This document shows positions 50,250 to 60,000 of a stretch of 61,879 nt of DNA, in pieces. The first letter of the stretch is position 1, and the number at the start of each line of letters is the position of its first letter. Below the pieces are notes generated by a model. That model was not told the DNA's origin. It did no database searches and was given only the letters and a program-made list of their open reading frames with translations. Origin of the DNA: an uncultured Bifidobacterium sp. (GTDB taxonomy: Bacteria > Planctomycetota > Phycisphaerae > Phycisphaerales > SM1A02); contig CAZKHO010000001.1 in NCBI GenBank assembly GCA_964552505.1, positions 1-61,879 on the forward strand, given 5' to 3'. A program made the translations under genes and the position numbers.

Positions 50250-52037
50250 ATGAACCGCGGCGCCCCGGGAGGAGGTGGCGCCCTCATGTTTCCATCGATT
50301 CTGATCTCCGCGGTGGTCCTTGCCGGCAAGGCGCACGCCCCCTTTCCAGTCTGGTGGCTGAACGACGACGCCGTGTGGATTCCCTCGCAGGCCGACTGCG
50401 TGCGCCTGTGGGATTCGCAGCACCCAGGGCGCGGCGCCACCTCGCAGCTGCAGCCGGTCACCTTCCGCGACACCGACAACAAGGAGCGCTCGGTCCGAAC
50501 CTGCCGAGAGTGGTCCGAAGCTCAGGCCTCCGGCGCCACCTTGATCCCGCACGACATGGGATCCGCCGAACACGACCTGGCGGCGGCCTGCGCCCGCCTC
50601 AGCGCCGTGGCCTGCATGCGGCCCTCGGTGCACTCAGCCTTCGCCGGTCAGTCCCACACCGCCCTTGCACTGGCATGCTCCGAGATCGTCAAGGACCACA
50701 CGCCCGGCAAGGCGCAAGCCAAGCCGTCGGGTGTCACCACCCAATCGATCCCGGACGGCGTGGTGGTGCGCGACGGGGAGGGCGGCGAGCTGGTGAAGGT
50801 GCTGGCCAAGGGCGACGTGGATGGAGACGGCTGGGAGGACCTGCTGGTGGGACGGTGGAGCGCGTCCGACGAATGCGGTCGCGAGCACTTCTCCTACGAC
50901 GTGGTCACCCGGGTGGGCACCGGCGGAAAGCTGGTTCCCATCACGGACCGACTGCGACTGCAGGTCAGCGCGAAGCCCACCCCATCGACGGGCAAGCCCC
51001 AGGCCGCCGCGTCCAAGACCACCCACCCGGTCTGGTGGCTCAACGAAGCCACGCTCACCATCCAGTCACCCGCCGACTGCGAGCGCCTCTGGAGCACATG
51101 GCGACCCAAGCCGGATGCAGGAAGTGATCCGTACGACGTGGAGATGACGCTGAAGGACGACCGCAAGGTGACCGCGCGCACCTGCAAGGAGTGGGCCGCC
51201 GCCGTGGACGCGGGCGGCTATGCGTACACCACCTTGGACATGACCATGGAATCGTGGTTTGTGGACGCTTCGGCGCGTCTGGCCATGGTGCCCGTGCTCC
51301 TTCCCTCACGCCACAGCGCCTTCGCAAGCCAGCCCTTCCGTGCGTACGCGCCCGCGCTCAGCGAGTACCGCATGTATGCGGCCGCCAGCAGACTGCGGCG
51401 GTCCACCACCCCCGACCGGATCACCAGCAGCGTGAAGGGCGACGAGTTCAGCTGCGTCCTGGTGGACTCGGAGTGGGAAGAGACGCTTCGCGTGGTGGCA
51501 CGCGGGGACTACAACGGCGACGGCTGGGAGGATCTGTTGGTCAGCAGTGCCGAGCACGCCCTCAGTGGCAGCGGCCGCCGCTACCGCTGGGCGGTCTACA
51601 CACAGGTGGGCAAGGGCCGCCTGATCCCCATCACGGCCCAGGCCTCCGACCGGCCGCTCACGCCGGAGCAGATGACTCAACGCCGCGCGGCCATCGCCCG
51701 TTCCTTCGGCCTTCCTGAGGACCGAGAGATCACGCTGCGCGGCACGCTCAAGGACGCCACGGAGACGCTGCCCGTGACCTGTCGACTTCGATTCAAGAAG
51801 GGCTTCGCCACCGGCTCGTACCAGTACGACCGGGTGGGCAAGCCGATCGAGCTCTCCGGGTCGCTGGGGTTCGAGGGCGCGCTGCTGCTGCGCGAGTTTG
51901 GCGGCGCCGGCAGCGTCCCCACGGGCGACTTCAGGCTGGACTACGCCGTGGAAGGCGGCCGACTGCGCGTCAAGGGGTTCTGGCACGACCAGAACGAGGG
52001 CTTCGATGTACAGCTGGAAGGCGAACTTCCCCGCTGA
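50250..52037 (+). CDS. Exported protein with an internal tandem duplication of about 227-231 aa (each copy with an FG-GAP/VCBS-like GDxDGDGWEDLLV motif) and a distinct C-terminal domain
   Basis: Signal-like MFPSILISAVVLAGKAHA. Repeat anchors PVWWLN (W codons at 50352 and 51033) and DGDGWEDLLV (W at 50832 and 51525). The start could instead be the ATG at 50286. Confidence 0.65.
   Translation: MNRGAPGGGGALMFPSILISAVVLAGKAHAPFPVWWLNDDAVWIPSQADCVRLWDSQHPGRGATSQLQPVTFRDTDNKERSVRTCREWSEAQASGATLIPHDMGSAEHDLAAACARLSAVACMRPSVHSAFAGQSHTALALACSEIVKDHTPGKAQAKPSGVTTQSIPDGVVVRDGEGGELVKVLAKGDVDGDGWEDLLVGRWSASDECGREHFSYDVVTRVGTGGKLVPITDRLRLQVSAKPTPSTGKPQAAASKTTHPVWWLNEATLTIQSPADCERLWSTWRPKPDAGSDPYDVEMTLKDDRKVTARTCKEWAAAVDAGGYAYTTLDMTMESWFVDASARLAMVPVLLPSRHSAFASQPFRAYAPALSEYRMYAAASRLRRSTTPDRITSSVKGDEFSCVLVDSEWEETLRVVARGDYNGDGWEDLLVSSAEHALSGSGRRYRWAVYTQVGKGRLIPITAQASDRPLTPEQMTQRRAAIARSFGLPEDREITLRGTLKDATETLPVTCRLRFKKGFATGSYQYDRVGKPIELSGSLGFEGALLLREFGGAGSVPTGDFRLDYAVEGGRLRVKGFWHDQNEGFDVQLEGELPR
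50340..51650 (+). repeat. Intragenic tandem duplication (two diverged copies of about 680-690 nt)
   Basis: Copy 1 is about 50340-51020 and copy 2 about 51021-51650. Anchor motifs are offset by 681 and 693 nt. The copies are diverged at the DNA level and similar at the protein level. Confidence 0.6.
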
Positions 52038-53957
52038 TCAGCGTCGAAGGCGGCGCCATCGCCACCGCCCCACCGCCCCGCGCAGCGTGAACAGGCACGC
52101 CGCCACCGCCACCGGCATCAGCACCGCCATGCCGGCCAGCATGGCTTCGTAGCCCTGGGTGGAGAGGCGCGTGCTCACCAGCACGCCCACCAGCAGCAGC
52201 GAGAACAGCACGAAGGCGCGGACATACACGGCGTCGATCAGGGTGCGCGCGCCCGGCGCGGGCTTGGGCTCCGCGAAGTACAGCGCCACCGCGGAGAGGA
52301 ACAGGCTGGCCAGGATCCCCGCCACCATGTCGGCGTGGCCGCTGCCGGCCAGCAGCGCCGCCATGGCGATCACCAGCAGCAGCGCCAACGGGAGCCCCAC
52401 GCGCAGGGCCACGTCGCGACGGGCCCGCCGCAGCCGCACGCCAAACTCCATGCCCTGCACCACCGCCGGTCTGCCGTCCATGGAAGGGCGCGCGGACCAG
52501 GTCACGCCGCGGTGCCCGCCCACCACGCGCCAGCCGGTGCAGGCGCAGTCGATGTCGGCACCGCGCGCCAGCGGCCGCATCACGGATCCCGCGTGCGCGC
52601 CGTCGGCGGCCAGACGGATGGTGAGCAGCTGCGTGTCGAAGGGATACGCCACCAGATCCGGATCCAGCCGGAAGGTGCCGCGAAGCGTGTAGACGCCCGC
52701 ACCCAGGCCGCGAGCCACGCGCCACTCCGGCAACCCCACGGCGTTGAGCACCCGCACGCAGTCGGGCCCGTGGGCGTCGGACCACGGGCGGTCGCTGGCC
52801 AGGTGCACCAGCGCCTCGGCCTCGAAGGTGCCCTTGGCCTCGTCGACGGCGCCCACCTCCACCAGGTCCACGTCCGCGGCCAGCGAGGGCGACCGTTCGA
52901 ACGAACCGTCCGTGCGGGGAACCACCTGCATGGGCGCCGTCTGGCGCCGGCGCGCCACGGGATCCACCGACCCCACCACCGTCTCCAGGCAGGCGTTGCG
53001 CCGATCCGCGTCGAACCACATGGGCCTGTGCCAGCCACGGAAGACCCGCTGCCGTCCGTCGCGGGCGGCGATGGCCGCGCAGAGCGCGTCGGCCAGGCCG
53101 GCGGCGTCCGGAGCGCGCAGCCGATCCAGCGTCTCGATCACCAGCCGCACGGCGTCGATGCGCCAGGCCAGCATGCCCGCGGTGTCCAGGTCCGCCTGCT
53201 CGGGGGACTCCAGGACCTGCGCCACGGCCGCAGCCAGCCCGCCACCGATCCGGTCGGGCAGCATGCCCACGATCTCCCGGACGCTGGCGGCCGCGGCGTC
53301 GGAGGGATCTGGATTGCCGTTCAGGAAGACCACGGAGCGACGACCGTCCAGTTGACGGGCGATGGCGCGATTGAGGGCGCCGCCGCACTCCAGCAGTGCC
53401 ACGCCGTCGGGCTGCGTGGACGACAGGATCTCCTCCACGCAGCGCGCCACGCCGGAGGCGTTGGCGGGCGGCGTCACCGGCGTCACGCGGCATGTGGCCA
53501 CGCGAAGCAGGCACGCAGGCGGGTCAGACGAGACCACTGCCGCGTGCGCGTGACCCTCGCCCATCAGGAGCGCCGCCGCCGCCTGGGCCTTGTGCAATCT
53601 CGAACCGACCCCCAACCGGAACGATCGCGCATGCCCTGCCGTGGCCGGTTCCAGGTTCTGGTGCAGCACCACCACGGGCGCGGCGCCCACAGCCGCCACC
53701 ACCGCGCGACCCGCCGCCTCCGACGGGGGCGCCAGGATCACGGTCAGCGTGGTCGGATCCAGGCGCACGGCCGACATGGGTGCGTCGCCGGAAGGGTCCA
53801 GCACCTGCTCGAATCGCAGGCGGTGCCCACGGGGCGTGCCCTCCCGCCTGGACTCCGCGATGGCCAGGTCCGCCAGTTCGCGCTCCAGCCGGATCACCTC
53901 GGCCATGGACCGAGGCGCCTCGAAGGGCTGCAGGATGGACAGGATGCGCACACGCAT
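52038..53957 (-). CDS. Cys-loop (pentameric ligand-gated ion channel) family homologue with a large N-terminal extension and no signal peptide
   Basis: AYPFDTQLLTIRL matches the Cys-loop FPFDxQxC signature, with the Cys replaced. It is followed by beta-rich sequence and four TM helices (M1 LPLALLLVIAMAALLAG ... M4 MAVLMPVAVAACLFTL). Start chosen at MRVRILS (ATG at 53957) to avoid overlap with the divergent 54049 gene. The N-terminal 300 aa may be periplasmic-binding-protein-like (tentative). Confidence 0.7.
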   Translation of the reverse strand: MRVRILSILQPFEAPRSMAEVIRLERELADLAIAESRREGTPRGHRLRFEQVLDPSGDAPMSAVRLDPTTLTVILAPPSEAAGRAVVAAVGAAPVVVLHQNLEPATAGHARSFRLGVGSRLHKAQAAAALLMGEGHAHAAVVSSDPPACLLRVATCRVTPVTPPANASGVARCVEEILSSTQPDGVALLECGGALNRAIARQLDGRRSVVFLNGNPDPSDAAAASVREIVGMLPDRIGGGLAAAVAQVLESPEQADLDTAGMLAWRIDAVRLVIETLDRLRAPDAAGLADALCAAIAARDGRQRVFRGWHRPMWFDADRRNACLETVVGSVDPVARRRQTAPMQVVPRTDGSFERSPSLAADVDLVEVGAVDEAKGTFEAEALVHLASDRPWSDAHGPDCVRVLNAVGLPEWRVARGLGAGVYTLRGTFRLDPDLVAYPFDTQLLTIRLAADGAHAGSVMRPLARGADIDCACTGWRVVGGHRGVTWSARPSMDGRPAVVQGMEFGVRLRRARRDVALRVGLPLALLLVIAMAALLAGSGHADMVAGILASLFLSAVALYFAEPKPAPGARTLIDAVYVRAFVLFSLLLVGVLVSTRLSTQGYEAMLAGMAVLMPVAVAACLFTLRGAVGRWRWRRLRR

Positions 53958-54013
53958 GACGGCGGCGGAGGCTACCCGCGGCGGCGCGTGGCACGCGTGA
54001 CGGCCTGCCGCGG

Positions 54014-54023
54014 CATCTATACT
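54014..54023 (+). promoter_or_regulatory. AT-rich 10-mer CATCTATACT, a candidate -10 region 26 nt upstream of the second STAND gene
   Basis: Contains TATACT. The identical 10-mer occurs on the minus strand at 21181-21190. It lies in the 91-bp divergent intergenic region. Confidence 0.3.
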
Positions 54024-54048
54024 CGCCGGGCCCTCGGGCAAGCGGCCC

Positions 54049-57000
54049 ATGAGCGACGGCTCCTTCCAACCCGAACACACCTCCCGGGAGCTGATCACCA
54101 GCCTTCCCATGGTGATCGCACGCCCACTGCAGCGCCTCATGGCGGCCGGGTCCAGCACGGACCTCAACGACGCGGCGAAGATGACGCTGAACTACACCCT
54201 GCGGTTCCTGGGGCAGGTCTGCATCTCGGACTACCTGGCGGCCGACGACTGGTACGACCCCATCGTGACCGGCCTGGTGCAGGACCGGGTCAAGCGCAAC
54301 TCCATGGGCCACTGGGTGGAGATCACGCGCGCCATCATCTCCTCGGCCGCCGCTCGCCGGCGCACCATGTTCCTGCAGGAGCTGCCGGACACGTGGCAGC
54401 GCACCGAGTTTGCGCAACCGCTTCGCCTGAGCGGCGTGTCGTGCGACGAGGACGGCCCCGTGGCGCCGCAGCGACGCTTCGGCAGGCTGGAGTACCTGCT
54501 GAAGCACCGCAACGACCTGGAGCACGGCCGCATCATGTCCACCGACGAGGCGAAGGCGGAGGAGTTCCGGCTTCGCACGGTGGAGGCGCTGGCGGAGTAC
54601 GCATGGCTGGGCCGCTACGAAGTGCTGCTGCAGGACCCCAGCGGCTGGTGGCGCTGCCGCGGACTGCACCCCATGCTGATCTCCACCAGCGACCCGGGCA
54701 AGCGGCCCGAGCTGCACTTACGCCTGCCGGATCCCGGCAGCGCCGCCGGAGCCAGGTCGCTCCGGCTGCTGCCGCTGGTGGTGCCGCGAAGTCTGGTCAG
54801 CGCCGACGCGGCGGGAGGCGAGACCGACATCGCCGTCTATGGACAGATGGTGGGCGAGCGGCAGGCGCAGTACACCGGCCCGTCGCTCGACACCCGCACG
54901 CGCCGCGTGGGCGAGTTTGGAAGCGCGCTGGCCACCACCATCGAGGAGCTGCACGCGCTGCTCCGGCGCAAGGAGTTCCCGCTGCTGGGGCGCGAGGGCC
55001 TCACGGCCGAGCAGATCCGCGAGCGCATCCGCGCGGCTACCGATCTCACCTTCCGCACGCTGCACGACTCGCGCAAGTACACACCGGAGCTGCATGTGCC
55101 GAGGGAGTCGTGCGAGGACCGACTGGCGGACTGGCTGCGATCGCCCCTTCCCCTGCTGGGCGTGCACGGCGAGCCGGGCTCGGGCAAGACGGGCATCCTG
55201 GCGTCGCTGGTGCGCCGTTGGAACGGCACCGAAGGCGGGCCCGCCGTGCTGTTCCTGCTGGCGGCCAAGTTCGCCGACGCCGGATCGCTGGACGCGCTGG
55301 TGGAGCAGGCGCTCCGACTGCACGACGTCTCGCTGGAGCGGCTGGCCTCGCACGAGCAGCTCAACGGTCTGGTGGTGGTGCTGGACGGCCTCAACGAGCA
55401 TCCCGCTCGCGAACGCCTTCTCTCCGACATCCTGCAGCAGGCGCACCGCAGCCGCGAGCGTGGCGTGGGCGCACGCTTCCTGATCAGCTGGCGCACCGAC
55501 GACCGCGCCTGGATCGAGCCCGCCCTGGCGGAGCGCGCGCTGTGGTGGGATCCGGGCGCGCAGCGGGTGGCGTCGGTGCGCACCACGGGCAGCCGGGACG
55601 ACTGGGGCACGCAGCTGGCCGCCCTGCGCGAGCGCCTGCGGCCCGCCGGGTCCGACACGCGCGAGACGCCCCGCACCTCCGTCGCCACGGACGGCCAGGC
55701 GCAGGCCGCGCCCAACCGCAGCGGGAGCGGCCCCACCGGTCCCGCACCGGAACTGGACCGTGGCACCGCCGGGGAAACGCCCGCGGGCTCCCACGCGAAC
55801 GACCGCGCGGCGGCGCACCCTGCGCTTCGAGTGCCCGCGCTGGACGACGCGGAGGCCGCGCGCATCTGGGAGCGCTACAGGGAGCGCGAACCGCACCGAC
55901 TGAACCCGGGCTTCTCGCTGGAGGACCTGGGACGCAGCAGCCGCTGGGCGCATCGCGCGCTGGCCAGCCCGCTGGGCATCCGCATCGCGCTGGAGACCTT
56001 CCACGAACGCGAGGTGCCCAGCAGCGACGAGGCGGAGAGCCTGTTCTTCTCCTTCCTCTCGCATCTGGAGCGCGGTTCCACGGGACCGGCCGTGCGCCGC
56101 CTGCTCGACACGGTGAGCCGACTGGTGCTGGCGTCACGACGCAATCGAGTGGAGCTTCGCGAGATCGAGGCGGCCGGCGGCTCGGATCTGCTGTTCGCCA
56201 CGCCGGAGTCGGCCATGGATCGCCTGGTTCGCCGAGGCGTGCTCTCCATGCTCCGCTCCCCGGACGGTCGCGACGCCTGCGCCTTCACCGTGGAGCGCGT
56301 GGCGGAGCATGCGCTGGGCCGCGTGCTGTCGGAGGCGGACGAGGCGTCCGATCCGTCGTGGCTGGCGAACCGTGCCGTGCAGCTGCAGGACCTCACGCTC
56401 TCCAAGGGTGCCGTGGAGGCGGCCCTGCATCTGCTGTCGGATCGGCACGGCATCGACTACGTGTTCCGCTTCGTGGACGCGGTGCCCAGTGAACACGCGG
56501 GCATCGCCGGACGCGCGCTGGGAGCGCATCTGCTGCGCAGCGGACCCGACGGCGCCGCCGACGTGGCCGAAGGTCTGCTCTCGCAGCGCACCGACTCCGA
56601 CTTCGAGGTGGCGCGCGCGGCGGCGGACTACCTGTGGTGGTCCGAGGGTGCCGACGCGGCCGTGGAACTGGCGTTCCTGGACGCCGTCGCGGAGCCCGCA
56701 CTGGAGGCGTTCCTCTCCGGCAACGAGACGGCGGGCGAGGTGCTGCGGCAGTACGCGCAGTGCCTGATCCAGCACCATCACGCCTCCAGCGAGGACGACG
56801 CCCCCGCAGGCGAGGCCAGCGGATCCATCGAATGGCTGGAGGACGTGCTGCGCCGCGCCGAGGGCGTGGCCCCGCTGGGCCCGGTGCTGGCCCTCATGCA
56901 CGAGCTGGGCCGACACCTGCTGCGCGACGACCGTGACGCGGACGCGGCCGCGTGCTTCGGACGCGTGGTGGAGCGGCTGGCCGGCGCCGACCGGTCCGAT

Positions 57001-60000
57001 CCCGCGCTGCAGCGGCAGTTCCTGCTGGCGCTGCACCAGCAGGCGCGCGCGCTGGAGCGATGCGAACGCTTCGCCGAGGCGCTGGCGGCGTACCGACGGG
57101 GGCCGCTGGAGGCGTCCAGACATCCGCACCAGCCTGGCTGGACCTCCGACGACGACGACGCGGGCGAGGCACGCTGCCTGGAGGGCCTGGGACGCTGGGA
57201 GGAGGCGCTGCCACTGCGCGAACGGCTGCTGCACGCCGCCGAGGCCTCGGGCGATCGCCGCGACATCGCCATCGCGCTGGAGTTCGTGGCGCGCGCGCAG
57301 CGCAACTCGGGACTGGTGGAGGAGGCCATCGAGTGCTTCGAGCGCTCGCTGCGCACCGGCCTGGAACCCACGCGCTGCGAGAACTGGTACCCGGCGGTGC
57401 TGGCCAACGCCCTGGCCCGGGCGGAAGGCGCGCGTGGCAACCATGACGCCGCCGTCGGGTGGCGCCGCCGCTGCCTGGCGTTCGTGCAGGCGGACCTGGA
57501 ATCGGGGCTGGCCGAGCGACGCAACGTGGCCATCGAGCTGGAACTGCTTGGCGACGCGCTCCGCGAGGCGGGGCGTCTGGACGAGGCCGTGGCGCAGTAC
57601 CACGCGTCGCTGGACATGGGCATGAACCCCGAGTGGTGCGACCGCTGGAGCCCGGTGCTGGCCACCATCGAGCTGGCGCGCTGCCACGTGTCCGCCGGCC
57701 GCCACGACCGGGCCGAAGCCGAGATGGAGCAGCTGGTGCAGCGGACGCGCGAGCACGGCGAGGCGCTGCATCTGGCGCGCGCGCTGCTGGCGCAGGCGTC
57801 CATCCTGCAGCAGCTGGATCGTCACGAGGACGCCATCGTGTGCCTTGAGGCCGCGGTCACGGAGGGCGACGAGCGCGCGGTGTCGGCGGGATGGAGCCCC
57901 ACCGAGGCGCTTGAGAGCCTGGTGGAGAGCCGCGAGGCGCTGGGCGATCTGGAGGGCGCGCGCGCGGACGTGCGTCGGATCCTGGAACTGGTGGAAGCCG
58001 GCGGCGACCGGCGCGCCAAGGCGATCGCCCTGGAGCGCGAAGCCCGACTGCTGCGGGCGCTGGGGCGCCACGCCGAGGCGCTGGACGCGGCTGGCCGCTC
58101 GCTGGACGCGGGACTGCTTCCCGAACCGTGCCGAGACTGGTCGCCCTACCCCGCCGCCGAGATGATGGTGGAGTCGCTGGAGGCCATGGACCGGCGCCCC
58201 GAGGCGCTGGAGGCGGCACGCGAGATGGTGCGGCGCGTGGAGCCTTGCTCGCGTCGATCACGAGCCATCGTGCTGGAACTGCTCGGCGACACGCTGGAGC
58301 GCGCCGACCGGCCCGAGGAGGCCATCCGCGCCTTCCTGCAGAGCACCGAGGTGGGCATGACGCCCGCGCCCGTGGCGCGCTGGAGCCTGGCCACCGCGCC
58401 TCGCAAGGCCGCGCGTCTGCTGCTGCGGCTGGACCGCGTGGACGAGGCGATGACGCTGCTGAAGGAGAGCCAGCTTCGAAGCCTTCGCCATTCGGATCGT
58501 GCCGCCTCCGCGAACGACCTGGAGCTGGACGCCGACATGCTCCGCGAGGAGGAGCGTCTGCGTGAGGCCGCAGAGATCTACGGGCGCTCCATCCAGGTGG
58601 GCATGCAGCCGCGACAGGCGCCCGGCTGGAGCCCGCGCGGCTCGCTCTGGGGACTGGCGGACGCGCTGGCTCGACTGGGCGACCACAAGGGTTCGCTGGA
58701 CGCCGCCGAGCGCTACCTGGCGGCCGCCCGCATGGACCAGGACCGTCGTGCGGAAGTGATCGGACTGGAGATCCGCGCCTACGCGCATCTGGGTCTGGGA
58801 CAGCTGGACGCCGCGGAGCGCGACGCGCGCGCCTCGATCGCGGCGGCCACGCAGGGCAAGTGGGTGGGCGAGTGGTCGCCCATCCCGTCGGGACAGACCG
58901 TGGCCAAGGCGCTCGCCGGCCTGGGCCGCGCCGCGGAGGTGCCCGCGTTCTGGCATTCCATCGCGCAGCTCTGCGATCACGAAAGCGTCCGGCGTGCCCG
59001 CGCGATCGCCCTGGAGCTGCAGGGCGACGCCCTCAAGGACGCCGGCCATCCGGAGGAGGCGATCAAGGCCTTCCGTGCCGCGCTGGAGTCGGGGATGCAC
59101 CCCCACCGCTGCTCCAACTGGAATCCGCTGGTGCTGCTGCACAAGAAGTTCCGGTGCCGGCAGGCTCTGGCGCAGTGGCCGCAGGCGCTGGAGGGCGCGG
59201 ACGCGTACCTGGCCATGGCTCGGCGCGTGGAGAACTCGTTTGGCCTGGCCGTGGGCCACGAACTCCGCTGCCTGGCGCTGCTGGAGCTGGGTCGACACTT
59301 CGAGGCGCTGGAAGCGGCCCGCAAGGCGCTGGACGCCGGCATGGGTCCGCCCTGGGTGCGGGGCTGGCGCGTCACCGCGGTCACGCCGCTGGTGGCCGCC
59401 GCGCTGCGCGGTCAGGACCGTGCGTCGGACGTGGCGCCCACGCTGCACCAGATCGCGGAGCGTGCAGGCAGCCTGGGCCACGCGCAGGCCAAGGCCACCG
59501 TCCTGGTGCAGGCGGGTGAGGCCTTCGCGAAGGACGGTGACGAGTCGTCCGCGGTGGAGGTGCTGCAGGAAGCGGTGACGCTGGCGGAGACGCACGAAGA
59601 TCAGGCGCTGCTGGTCCGCGCGGTGGCCGCCCTGCGCCAGCCGCTCATGCGCCTGGGCAGACACGCCGAGGCGCTGGGGCATGTCACGCGCATGCTGGAA
59701 CGCGCGCGGGTCGCGGGCCAGACGCCAACGGTGGCTGAGGCCCTGTGCCTTCGCGCGGAACTGCTGAACGAGCTGGGTCAGCACCAGGAGGCGCTGCGCG
59801 ACGCCGGCGAAGCCATCGACCGTGGCTGCGAAGGCCCCTGGTCGGAGGACTGGTCGCCTCTTGCCGCTGCGGACGCCACCGAGCGCGCGATGGTGGCGCT
59901 GCAGCGCACGCGTGAGGTCCCCACCTTCTGGTCGTCGATCGCCGCGCGCGCTACCCACGGCGGCCGCCGCCTGGAGCAGGCCGAGGCCCTGCTCCGATCG

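Noticed and set aside
53958-54167. Longer version of the pLGIC-like ORF starting at 54167
   Set aside because: It would overlap the start of the divergent STAND gene by 119 nt and remove the shared promoter region. The extra residues add no signal peptide or domain. ATG at 53957 is preferred, but the start remains unverified.
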